A program made the position numbers and the translations under genes. The notes under the pieces were generated by a model. The model ran no database searches. It saw only the letters and a list, made by a program, of their open reading frames with translations, and was not told the DNA's origin. A DNA stretch of 64,000 bases from Phoronis australis (lineage: Eukaryota > Animalia > Phoronida): the NCBI GenBank assembly GCA_002633005.1, contig NMRA01000048.1, forward strand, positions 186,001-250,000. The letters are read 5' to 3'. This document shows, in pieces, positions 51,401 through 62,734 of the stretch (positions are counted from its first letter, which is position 1; each line of letters opens with the position of its first letter).

Positions 51401-54400
51401 GCTCACTATCTTGCTACGAAATTGCCGTTTCACAACAACTCTCCTCAAAACCAAAGTTAATTTTAATTTGTTTAAGTTTACAGTGAAAGATTTTCAATTT
51501 GAGTGTTATAATTTGTCCATCTTTCTTTCCTGTTATCACCATACCTTCGGCCAAACCAAACGAAGTTCAACAAAAGGCATTAACTGTTTCTTTAACCTAC
51601 AGCAGTAACAATATCCACTCACCAATGGCAGTGACAATGCCGTACACCTTTTGCCTGTAGGCGTTGGTCCTGTCCCAGGAGAACTTGTAGGATAGATTGA
51701 TGTCCGACTCAAAAAGCTTAGTGAAAGTGACGCCCTCTACAGAGACTTTCAAGTGAACGAGAGCAAGGTTCAACGGAATGACACTAGGGGTCAATTGGAT
51801 CAGCACGGTCGACATGTAGCCTGGAGTCTCGCTGCTGTGATAGACGAGGTGGATTTGACTGCTTGGGATGGCGATGCTTTCTTGTAACACCTGCGGCAGA
51901 TGTAAAGCGTTATTTCCATTAGTACAATGTGTCACTGGTCCTTTTTTCAAGTGGCCACAAAAAAGAAGGAAATCGCTTTGGTTAAGAAAATGTGTTCTCT
52001 AGTCACACATAATCAAATAGTTTGTGCAGCGCCATCATGCGAAAATCGTGAGGAACCCGCCTTGTGGGTGTGAATTTCCTGATTTTGGTGATTGACAACT
52101 CGGGTTACAGCCATGTCATTATCAGTGTGACAGTTATAGCAAGGGGGAAATTTGGCAAACTAATGTTTACATAGTCCGGCACTCTCATTGTCTGTATTCA
52201 CCTGATAAGCAATTATGCACCTTACGCTAACCAGATATTTAAAAATGCTATTTGAAAACAACAATCAACAAATGTCATGAGGTAGATATGCTTATACTAT
52301 AAAACCAAAAAGCTTAGAACAGAGAAATATGGTTGACTTTAAGAGAAAGTATACCTAACTTTCACCTGCTGATTCATAAATGTCTGGCTAGAAGCTCTGA
52401 CTGGCGTAACCACAGCATTACGTTCCAACACAATAGGCTTGTTTAGCAAGTTTAATAGAGCGTGATTGTAGATCAGATGGTGATTTTGGAAATTTCTTGG
52501 TTTTAAAAGTCCAAGGGAATGGTATGCAAAATTGAGAACATGTCAGCAAAAACAATAACTCAAAGGTAAGGCCCAAAAAGCTAAAATTGTCAAGATAAGT
52601 AAAATTCTATGTTACCAGTAACATAGTAAATTCGAAAATATCTACCAAATCAATTATCAACAAGGCATGATTACTTTGCTTACCTGAGACTCAGGTATGA
52701 TGGCACTCTTGGAAGGACATGCTCCCAGTTGAGTGTGTTTCCACGTTGGCAGCACCAATGGTTTCAAGGCATAGTAGTCGTGACTCACGCCACAAGACGG
52801 CTCAGTGTCATCGTCTGTCGACCGGCTCATGACGACCGTATCCATGGTGACCATCTGGTTCCATGGGACAATCACAGTTGCCTCCACCTCAGGAAACGGT
52901 GGTCTTTGGAACAATAGTGTGACTGAACCACCACCATTGACCAACAAGTCAAATCTAAACGGTATATTTAAAGTGGGTGAGCATCAACTCTTAACTCCAT
53001 CTGGTGTACATTTACTGACATGTCCACATGGTCCTAAAAACCTTTATGTACAAACTAGATAACTGCTTAGATTACCCTTGTATCGATAATTCATATCTGA
53101 TCTGGATATAAGTATTTATCCAATGTTGTTCACGTATTTCATCACTGTTGCAAACTTTTTTGTTTTCCAGGTCCATTGAGTACTAACCTTGGACAAAAAT
53201 CATTCAAGGTCATAATGATCAAACAAGCAAATTGGCAAAAACCCTAACAGCACAATGTCAAAATTCAAAAGAAGACACACAACATTAGCAAACCAGAAAC
53301 TGTTGTAATTGTTACAGTAACAGCAATTTCACATTTTCAACCCAGCCAGGGGTGATACTCACGATCCTTCAAATCGGGTAAGCGTGAAGCCCTGAAGCGG
53401 TTGAGTCTTCACGCTGACTCGTACACCAATCAACCTGGTGCCATCCTTCATCACCACCTGACCTCTGATGACAGACACTTGACTACAACACAGGCAAGAC
53501 AAACAGATTTCAATGAACAAGTAATGAAATCCCAAACTGTCACCCAGCAGTAGTATGCTACAAATTAACATTATTTTGAATTGTAACAACACAAACTAAA
53601 AAGGTGCTGGCATCATAATTTCTTTCAATGTTAAAAAGACTAATTTCCATCAAGTTAGTGTTTTGGAATCATTTTCATGAACCTCTCCACTCCACAGCCC
53701 GATGCATTATAAATGTTGCAAAGCTAGTTAGCATGTTTGATTTGCACTATTCCTCTAGCTTAATATCGATGTTCAGAAATAGTATAAGTAATTTATGTGA
53801 CCATACTTCATAGATTCGGTTTACACTAATTTGATTTATTAGTTTCTCAGTTGAAATGCAGAAAGTGTTTAAATCAACAAAAACAGCAACAGCAATACCG
53901 TAAAACTTCTAAAAGTCTTAACTGACAAATCCTCACAAATTAACTGTACCTGGATCAAGTTAAACCTACATGCCATGTTACACGAAAATGTGCACTTCAT
54001 CATTACAACACATTGCACACACATGCACGCACCAACACACACCCACCCACACCCCCACACACACCTTTCATTGAATGACGCTGGTGTAGTGTACTTCTGC
54101 ACACTATCAGCTTCAATCAGGAACTTCATGCGATCAAAAAACGAGGCAGTGCTGCTTGGCTGTTGTTTTCCTAACAGCACGTCATAGGGGTTCGGTGACG
54201 CCTTGCAGTGGTTGCTGTCAATACAGGCCACACTGATGCAGCAATCTGGGTCCTGGCAATCTTTGAGGCCATCTAGTGGGAAGAAAATGAATTACTAGGT
54301 TCAAGATGGAGCAGAAGACATCTGCAGAAAACAGAAGATTTGCCTAGGATTTAGCAAAAACAACAGTTCTACAAGTGACTGTTCATTATAAGCTGAAGTC

Positions 54401-57400
54401 ACGCATTTCAAGCCTATCACTGAATGCCACTGCAAAAATTTCAAAATCCAAAAGCAATCCATATGTAACAGAGTGTCCTAACAATTCTTCCTATGCATTC
54501 TATCACTATAATTCCTCAGATTCAAAATAAAGATATAACGTTATAATGTTCGATTTATGTGAACAAGAGGGGGATACAGGAAACACTAGTCCATTTATGA
54601 ATAGTCTTTAAAAAGCAACTGTTATGCCTGGAACTGATCTAACCCAAGATACCAACAATAAAGTATTGCCTGTAGTAATTCAAATAGACATAATGTAGAA
54701 CAGTACAATATGCAAAAACATAAATTGGTTACAGACGACACAGACCTCTATCGTTATCCAGATTGTCATTACATGTGATCTCCTTGCGTATCTCACAAGC
54801 GTCGCCTTGCCAGCCGTCGCTACAGTCGCATCGCCACTGATCCAACTTGACACATCGGCCATGATTGTTGCAAGCATTTGGACAGCCATCTGGTGTACGA
54901 GAAAAGTGACACATAAGGATAGAGAGAATTGAGCTACGGTGACAGTTTAACTGTGTCACAGGTTGTTGTAATAACAAAACCTGTCAAAACTACTATTGAA
55001 TAGCATGAGAAGATGAAAAGGAGGAGTGGACAGTACTGACTTACGGTTATCACGTACGAACATTTTTATTGATATTGATATTGATATTAAAACCTGCTCG
55101 TTACGGAAAGTAGTGGCATGCACTGGAAAGGTTACCATTCTTTTAGACACAGCATGAATAAGTAAATGTTCAATACATCTTCTTGCTAATGTAAAGAAGT
55201 AGTTGAGTTCGATAAAATTAACAAGACCATAACATTTTTAACACAGGCAGAACAATCAATCGCGTATAAAGGGCAGAAGGCGTGTGAAGACTAATCAAAA
55301 CATTCAATTCAGAACATTCCAACGTTACTGCAAGGCTTCATTCACCCAGACACTACTGTGGGTGTTGCCTTATTTTCTTTTCTAAACTGGATCCACACTA
55401 AGGACATTACTTGACATCAAATCAGAGTGTACAAGGCCTTCTTAAAGATTAACGTCAGCCAACTAGTTGAGCTACTCACCAAGTGAACAGTGCTTGCCAT
55501 TCCAGCCGAGGTTACACACACAAGTGCCATTATTGCAGAAGCCGTGGTGGGTGCAGCGTGGGTCACATGCCAGCTGGTCACATGACGCGCCCGTCCAACC
55601 ATCATCGCACTGGCATCTGCCAATGTTGCAGGAGCCGTGTAAACAATCCAACTCACATGTTTCTAAAAATCATGTAATGAAGAGAGTGAAAGGAAACTCC
55701 ACATGGAGAATAAATTTTAAATATCAACCACCATGTTTCTTAACAAAGCTGAGACTCTTATAGAGGTCAATCTTCAAGAGAAGCTGGGAGTTTGAATACG
55801 CTCCATTTAACAAAAGCCTTGAACATAAGAGCAGGCTACAAGGGCATGGCAATAAAATGAAACCATAAACTCCAGCTTCTGCCAAAAGATAACCTCTTGA
55901 TATTAGATAGGCAGCTCAAAATAGAATGTGAAGTGCAAATACATCATGATCATGCATTTCGACAACCTTTTATTATTGTCTCAGTGTTACATATTAAAAG
56001 TGACTAGGCCTATTGCACAAAGCATAAATATGCACTCTTACAAAGGCCCAGTTGAGCTGGATAATTCCAAAGACCAGGAAAGATTAGTAGCAAATTAGCT
56101 GCAAAATCTGTCAACACTCCAACATTGATTACCTATATTACAGTCATCACCAGTCCAGCCTTTGTCACAGATACACCGCCGCCTGTCTACGTTGAACGTG
56201 CCATGACCCGAGCATCCCATGATGCACAGTGTGGTAATGTTGACTACGGGGTCAGTCGTACCGCAGTCATGACCTTCAAAGCCCTTATCACAACGACACT
56301 TTCCCTCGATACAGACACCATGGCCGGAACAGTTGGGAAGAATGCAATCGACTGCAAAGACATGGGTGATAAAAGATCATTACCACCAAAAAAGTCGTAA
56401 TTCGCTTAAGTCAAGTGACCCAACACAACACCTCCTGCCAACATTAAACAGAAGCATGGATGCAGAGAAATATCTTACAAACCGTTGGTAGTCAAACCAC
56501 CATTTTTTAATTATTGGAGTCAATAGCCATTGTAGTATTGGATGTTACAATGAAGAACTCTTGAAATGACTCCCATACATGCAAGTAAACGCAACCTATT
56601 TCAGTATTTCTCTAACCTTCCATAAAAGACCGGGTAACCACTTCAGTGATTCCACTTACTTCTAATACATCAACATAGAATCAATGGGCATGCAAGACAG
56701 CACTGATGATGACTGAAAGTAATTAACAGCTACAAAGACCAGCTTCCTCATACACAATGACAGCATGTATTTCTATGCACTTGGAAGTCACAGTGATCTT
56801 TCAAGCAGGTGCCATGTTGGATTACAGGAGTGACAGTAGCGACACCTATAGAGAACCCCATACCATACCTAAGTTACAGTGGTCTCCCTTCCAGCCAGGC
56901 CAGCACATACAGTTGCCCCGTATGCAGACACCATTTCCATTACAATTGGGTACGAGACATTGCTCCTCAGGAATGTTGCATTCTGGTCCCTTCCAGCCCT
57001 CGTAGCAGTTGCACGCTCCTCTCACATAGATTCCATTTCCACCACAGAGAACGGGGCAGTGAGCTAAACAGAAACACTTAAATGTATATGCCGCACACCG
57101 AAATAGTTTGTGTAGGCATTAATTCATGACTCACATGCTTCAGACAGTGAGGACTTGCAGTGCCCTCTAACAACAGCCCTTACTCCAGACAGGCTTACTG
57201 AAAATTAAGCCACACCTGTACCATCAGTCAACTGCTTCCAAAGGCCACCTGCTTAGAATATGTACATCTGACCATCCACTCCAAACACAGGGGAAAAGTG
57301 GGACACTTTATTTGCCCTTCATGATTTCTAGTGGACTCCCAACAAGCAATCATGAATTCAAGACAAAGAAGTAAACTATCTGAGTGTTTGGAAGGTTAGT

Positions 57401-60400
57401 TTGAAATTTGTGATAAACAATTTGTAGACTGTTTATGTAAATAATCCAACTGCATGTGAAGGTCACATGAGTAGCCATAGCACTGATGTGTCACTGTGGT
57501 TCTTCATGCAGCGAACTACTGTGCTTACTAAATCTACTGGCTTCAAGGGAACTATTAACTCATCTCAATAGATTTCGTGTAACGCTTCAAGACCAAAAAG
57601 AATTCCTGTGTGTAAATAGCATTGCAAGTGCATTAACACAGATAGAGACAATTCTCCATGGAAACAGGAAATTACAGATCTATGTAGAATTGTTACCAGC
57701 CATTAACTCACTTTGCAGGCAGTCTTTACCCTGGAAGCCAGGGAAACAATGACACTGTCCACCAGAGCAGTCACCGTGTCCATTACAGTTATTGGGACAC
57801 GTCTCACCCATGTCATCTAAAAAGGCAATTCAATTCACACTTAGAAATGTCAGTGATTGGACAGGTCCACTGATTTAGTTGATAATACCTTAATTTACAT
57901 TTGATAGAAGTTATACCCAGCACCGTTTGGGCAATATGACCGTTACCATGGGACATTCCGTAACACACAATGATAAATGTGTAATGTTTTCATTTAATCA
58001 TGCGGCGGTCACAAACAATTAAGTAGCGAATTAAGACAAATTAACATTTCTCGGTTTCTATGGTTAAACTCTGGCTCAATAGACCATTTCACTCTCATGT
58101 TACTTTGAAATTGATTTGTTTTTGACCCACCCATGAAGCACTCATATTGAGTTAGAAGAGTCTAATTTACAATGATGTACTTTGTTTTTTTAACAATTGA
58201 AAAGAAATGAAAAATCTTCATAGTTGTAATTGTCAAATTATAACAACCACCAGCGGCTAACTTGGTGAACTCTCAAAAAGTCTAATATGCTTATAAGACA
58301 GCAGCAGCTCATTAATGACTTAAAATGAAGCAGGCAAAGGTTTACAAAATATTTTCCCTTTTTATCTTCAAAGAAGTATACCCAAGACTGAAACAAGTAT
58401 GAACATATAAGTAATTGCACATGCTTATATTGAACAATAGAAAAGATGCAAACAACATTATGTGTGCATTGCAAAAGTTAACAACTGGTTACCCAAACTG
58501 AGCAACTAATGGACACCAACACGCTCCAAGAAAAAAACAACAGCTCTCCCAAGCAGCCGGTTTTTATCACCCACAGCAAAATCAGTTAACGCAGAGCCTA
58601 GGGGATTTCACAGTTTCCCTCAAACCAGCACAAATTACATTTCACACCCAATCCAAACCAACACAATAAGATTCACCCGGTCACTAGCACCCAGGCGGTC
58701 AAACAGGCATGCAGCTGATCTCGGCCAAAACAGGTTGAAATCTAGCTGGCTATATTGATATCACTGGAGAGAGTTATTTAGACTCTATGAATGCACACCC
58801 TCAGGGCAGGCTTTATTGGATTAGACAGACCTGCTGGATGTACATGTTAATGGCCAACTTGTCCATTTCCTGATTATCTCCACCTATTAGTTCTTTGTCA
58901 TTGGCTCCTACACATAAGAATAGAATTTGTTTTCTGACTAAATATTGGTAAGCAAGCAAAAAATGACACCAGAATGCTTACTGCTCTTGACAAGTATTTT
59001 TGGCATCTAATGATGTTTGGGAATAAAATTGTTTCACACCGATTTATTAGGAAAAAACAAAAATGCCTAAGGCAACTTAAAACAAATATCTACCATTCGA
59101 CTCAAGCCGAAGAAAAACACTTCATTTTAAAACGAGAATTACTAGCTTCAGGCTATTGCCAAACTCGAGTGTTTGTCTAGTTTCATGTCTAGTGATTATA
59201 TGGGATTATGTTTCAACGAAATGGGAAATGGGCACAAATCTGCAACATAACACTATGGTAATTGTTGCTACTACAAAAAATGATTCTGTAGCAGTCAACT
59301 GAGACGGGATGTATGTACACAAAACAAACACCAGTTTTATGATATACAGTTACATGCACCAGCTCCATGTAAGCTATGAACATTGTCGCCTTCGATTAAA
59401 AAAAAACTGCAATAAAATCAAACAGATATAAACATGGCTTCCATCACAAAAACCAACTTTTCATTTGCACCACTGAAATGAAATTGGTCTCAAACAATAG
59501 CAAATTGTCAGTTTTTCCAACCCCAGAACTACTTCTGACCTCAGTTATGATCAATATATAGCGATAAGAGACCGAAATCAAAAGTTAGTTTCGTTGACAG
59601 AATGTAGGCTCATAGCCAAAAGAATTGTTATGTCTTTAGCGGACCATTGACAGTCAATTAAGTACTGCCACTGTTCGATTCGAATTTTGAGAAAACTTCC
59701 GTGGTCTCGGCCTTGAAAGTTGCCATGTGATTGGTCAATATCCTTGTTAAATCTGGAGTTAGACTTACAGGTTTCACGTCCAAGATAAATAAACAACTGT
59801 CGCGCGATTGGTCAATTTTCTAAGTGAAACTCAAGTAAAGTTTTGAGGTCACATGATAACCCTTCATCCCACATGCCTGCCCTCTATGAGGAGCTTGTAT
59901 CGCTGATAACTCACCGTACACTTGGCCGTGAAAGGAGACCTGCTCCACTTCATCCCCATCATTGTAGAAAGCCAGATACAACAATCCCCTCTCTACGTAC
60001 TTGACGAACGCCGTGTTGGGCTTCTTAACTTTATCCTGTCAAACACAGAAAGACCTTCAGTAACCTAAAAAATTTCCTTGTCCATATTTCACTATTCTTT
60101 CTTTTGGACGACTTATGAAATAATTCTTACAGTGCATCAAAAATTTGGACCATACCAAAGGCGCCAATGTGTACTTTGTCAAAAGATTTGCACGGATAAG
60201 TTTCCCAATGAAAGGTTGCTTTTTCTGATATAACTCCCTACAAAAGAGTTATGAACAGTTTGAGAGTTTGAAATTCAATGACAAAGTTCCGTTTCCGACC
60301 AGGAATGTCGCCTACTCATGAATGCGTTTCTTTTTTTCGTATCCACTCTCTAAATAGATGGCTAATTTTTCCGGTGCAGCCTCAATCACTAGAAATACTA

Positions 60401-61921
60401 GTCTCAGATTCATTCCCTTATACTAATCTCCGTAAATTGTGTAAACAACAGGAACATATTCATTATAAACAAATTTTACCATACAACACCAACCATGTCA
60501 CTCAAAATAAAATAGGTCTGCTAACAAAGGCATCTATAAGGGAGTCTTGTTTTTCCATTTTGAAAAAAGAAATCCATTTGTTTTATGCACACAACAACAG
60601 AGTAAGTAGCACATCAAGCAAATTCATAAACATTTTCATTTAAATACTTCACAGCACCTAAAAATGACAATAAAATCAGTCTCACGTACATCAATGATAG
60701 CTCGCTTGGTCCTCGGCAGCAGCATGTTGCCCTGGAAAACCTCAAAGAAGTCATACTGCGTGTGCGTCGGTGGCAGGTTCCGTCTGCCGTACACGCCTAT
60801 CACAGCATCCAATGGTATGGTCAAGTTGACGCGCAAGAAATTGTCTTCAGGCATCTGGATTTTCGTTTTCCAAAACTTGCGCGGCGGTATTGCACTTTCC
60901 GAAGAAGAACCCAAAGCTACCAAAGTCGTCGTTGGCGGTCCCACAGTAACCAGAGACACTGCAATGAGCAAGGTGTTATAGTTCAGTGGACTAATGTCAT
61001 ACTTCGGGTCTGATAGTGATTCAAAGATCGTGACTACAGGATTACCAGAGGTTTCGCATGACTAAAGACACTCAGCATTAATCTAACAAGAACAAACACT
61101 CTCTGCACACTGTACGCCATACTATTGACAATAGAGACAAAAAAATTACAACATATAGGTTGCAATTGTGGACAAATACAGATACATCAAACAATAGAAC
61201 CAGTATTTTGAAGACTATAACATGAAATCTCACCTGTTGATTGTTTGGTAGTACGACCATCTGATGAGTTGGCTCCACCAACTAATGTACCACTTAAGCA
61301 TTTGTTGAGGGACCACGTAAGACCTAACGACTGCATTGCTGAACAGAGAATAAAGACAAGTTATTGAAGCTGGTAGCAAACGAGGAGTTGGAGATGAGGA
61401 AATAAAATAAAATGGAACATTGAGAGCAAAAATAAAACGAACCACATGAAATGTAAAAGCCTCCTTGTTTTAAGAACCTAACACACCTCTACACAATACA
61501 TTGTAGCTGATTTGTGGGAATTTCATCTTATTCATTTGACAGCACTTAGCAACTTATGTACACAGAAACGCGAACGTATAGTAAAAACTGATGAATTCAT
61601 CTTACAGTTGGCGAAAGCTAAAAATTACGGCGTACAGTCAGACCGCAGTTGCTCTTTTCTTAACAAATATCACAATTTACACACACACTGCAATTTACAC
61701 ACGATATCTCACCAATTAAATATGCGACAAAAGCCAACAGTAGGAGGCAGACTACACCCAAGATAATGGCCGCCCTTTTCCACGAGCACCAGCCCCGGTC
61801 CTTGGGCTTTTTCATTTGTGGGCTGATTTGGAATGAGTAGCGCGACACATTGGGTGGGTCGAACGTCTGTAGGGGCGGCAGATGCGTCACACCAGGGTGA
61901 TCCCCTGTGGTGTTCTGTTGC
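35531..61921 (-). CDS. TENM: Teneurin (Ten-m/TENM), 22 exons, about 2,445 codons within this span; N-terminal intracellular domain incomplete
   Basis: Order TM, furin-like RTKR, 8 EGF repeats (EGF2 and EGF5 with aromatic residue replacing the third Cys), DPDCC Cys-rich region, FN-plug/Ig, NHL repeats, YD repeats, C-terminal RAWxRER...YPQLADD..NVKF. All exon junctions are phase-compatible. Confidence 0.98.
36949..36992. repeat. 18-bp tandem repeat (agggtcctaatgaaaagt) about 2.5 copies
   Basis: Directly visible, abutting the family B element. Confidence 0.8.
36998..37335 (+). mobile_element. TTAA-flanked non-autonomous DNA transposon (Kolobok-like), family B copy 2, in last teneurin intron
   Basis: ttaa|agggacat ... 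atgtcccc|ttaa; shared blocks gttg.atgggat, caaaatcc.ttgt, aaaacaa.gccggt. Confidence 0.7.
37406..39035 (-). CDS. TENM: Teneurin exon: main YD-repeat shell/RHS core
   Basis: 573-aa ORF with YD repeats ([22 protein letters not shown]). Confidence 0.97.
40529..40540 (-). CDS. TENM: Candidate 12-nt teneurin microexon (DSSQ) in YD shell
   Basis: Minus strand ttttgtttcctcttgaactag|gactcttcgcag|gtgaga; phase 0/0; tandem GCATG about 25 nt downstream. Confidence 0.6.
40936..41418. mobile_element. CpG-rich non-autonomous TIR element in a teneurin intron
   Basis: TIR cagggcttggaa / ttccaagccttg; flanks atcaaa / atcaac. Confidence 0.75.
42028..42330 (-). CDS. TENM: Teneurin exon: YD shell
   Basis: [13 protein letters not shown]...; 303 nt, phase 0/0. 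Confidence 0.94.
44603..44844 (-). CDS. TENM: Teneurin exon: YD shell
   Basis: METNPHPLL...HRMEWRY...ARRLR. Confidence 0.93.
45864..46941 (-). CDS. TENM: Teneurin exon: NHL end + start of YD shell (ends at GC donor)
   Basis: [16 protein letters not shown]...[18 protein letters not shown]; 1078 nt, phase 0 to 1. Confidence 0.95.
47566..47723 (-). CDS. TENM: Teneurin exon: NHL
   Basis: [19 protein letters not shown]. Confidence 0.95.
48284..48519 (-). CDS. TENM: Teneurin exon: NHL (possible extension to 48570 via alternative acceptor)
   Basis: [19 protein letters not shown]...[15 protein letters not shown]. Confidence 0.94.
49566..49589 (-). CDS. TENM: Candidate 24-nt teneurin microexon (S-QRIEDIA-I) in NHL loop
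   Basis: Minus strand gttttag|tcaacgaatcgaggatattgccat|gtaagt; phase 2/2, no stop; TGCATG upstream. Confidence 0.6.
50590..50842 (-). CDS. TENM: Teneurin exon: start of NHL propeller
   Basis: [10 protein letters not shown]...[14 protein letters not shown]...TSILLL; phase 2 end. Confidence 0.95.
51123..51263 (-). CDS. TENM: Teneurin exon
   Basis: VSVGYEY...[13 protein letters not shown]. Confidence 0.95.
51623..51890 (-). CDS. TENM: Teneurin exon (FN-plug)
   Basis: VLQESIAIP...[13 protein letters not shown]. Confidence 0.95.
52684..52954 (-). CDS. TENM: Teneurin exon
   Basis: [20 protein letters not shown]...IIPESQ. Confidence 0.95.
53363..53482 (-). CDS. TENM: Teneurin exon (TTR-like)
   Basis: [22 protein letters not shown]...GFTLTR. 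Confidence 0.93.
54065..54272 (-). CDS. TENM: Teneurin exon: Cys-rich region
   Basis: [12 protein letters not shown]...[10 protein letters not shown]. Confidence 0.94.
54746..54889 (-). CDS. TENM: Teneurin exon: EGF8
   Basis: [13 protein letters not shown]...[11 protein letters not shown]. Confidence 0.93.
55480..55662 (-). CDS. TENM: Teneurin exon: EGF6-EGF7
   Basis: [10 protein letters not shown]...[27 protein letters not shown]. Confidence 0.95.
56133..56351 (-). CDS. TENM: Teneurin exon: EGF4-EGF5
   Basis: [14 protein letters not shown]...[16 protein letters not shown] (Phe replaces third Cys). Confidence 0.95.
56869..57063 (-). CDS. TENM: Teneurin exon: EGF2-EGF3
   Basis: [27 protein letters not shown] (Tyr replaces third Cys) plus a second EGF. 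Confidence 0.95.
57712..57816 (-). CDS. TENM: Teneurin exon: EGF1
   Basis: [27 protein letters not shown]; phase 1/1. Confidence 0.95.
59915..60035 (-). CDS. TENM: Teneurin exon (YLAFYNDG)
   Basis: [25 protein letters not shown]; acceptor tttgacag, donor gtgagt. Confidence 0.92.
60690..60958 (-). CDS. TENM: Teneurin exon: Ig-like linker with RTKR
   Basis: IPPRKFWKT...[17 protein letters not shown]; donor gtacgt phase 0. Confidence 0.92.
61234..61338 (-). CDS. TENM: Teneurin exon: post-TM linker
   Basis: [11 protein letters not shown] resembles teneurin AMHLFGLNW; acceptor ctctgttcag, donor gtgaga; 105 nt, phase 1/1. Confidence 0.88.
61713..61921 (-). CDS. TENM: Teneurin exon: juxtamembrane ICD + transmembrane helix
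   Basis: [25 protein letters not shown]; acceptor ttgtttctag, donor gtgaga; phase 2 to 1. Confidence 0.93.
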
Positions 61922-62657
61922 CTAGAAACAACAAAAATTGTACCATTCAATAAGAAGTCATGGATGTATCCAGCCATGGCCCGTGACTGAAAGAATCTAA
62001 ATGGTCTGTTACAGCAAAAAGGATTTATTAGTGGGTACAAACACCGCATAACCTTATGAGAAGTCACTTATTGCAGAATTATAAAAACCATATAGCTAAT
62101 ATTTCATTCAGTCACCGAACCAGAAAATTACATTCTTTTCTTGAGACATAGTTGTTTTTGTTGAGTTAGTCACGAGGAGATGCATGATTAGAAGGCAGGC
62201 AATGAAGATTTATTCAGGAAAAGAATTAACATGCAGTGACAAGTGTCATTAACGTACCACCAGCAGACTAGAAAGAAAAAAGCTGTTAATAGCGCACAAA
62301 CGATTAAATCTCAGCCTGCATAGAACACAATATCTCGAATGTGTCATCACCAATTGCTATCAAAAGAAGTCTGAATAAGATTATTTCCAGTAAATTGGAG
62401 AAATAAATGCAAATGACACTCTTAATTTACATCGTTACAATAGATTCATTAGCGACTAATTCACGAGTAAATCTCTCGGTCTACGACCAGGATTAATAAA
62501 AAGGATAAAAATGAAGTGTGTAACAAAGCTTGCACAGCTGCCGCACAAAAACATCTTTCACTCAAACTAGTTTATTGGTTATCAGGTCAGCACAAACAGT
62601 AAAAATGACAAACTATAATTGGAAGTTGACAAATGAATCCCTAAAAAAACACTGTAC

Positions 62658-62734
62658 CTTGCACAATACACATTTCCGTTTGGACCGTGATAAAAGTCAG
62701 CTGGAATGACCACACCCCTTCTGCACCGTTCCAT
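62658..62734 (-). CDS. TENM: Candidate teneurin intracellular-domain exon (MERCRRGVVIPADFYHGPNGNVYCAR; or internal exon from acceptor at 62700)
   Basis: Donor aag|gtacag in phase 2 matches the 61921 acceptor; PNGNVY resembles the PSGNVY motif I recall from the Drosophila Ten-m ICD. Confidence 0.55.

Noticed and set aside
57135-57166. Cassette exon between EGF1 and EGF2 with GTGAGT donor
   Set aside because: 32 nt from the only plausible acceptor, frameshifting; weak pyrimidine tract.
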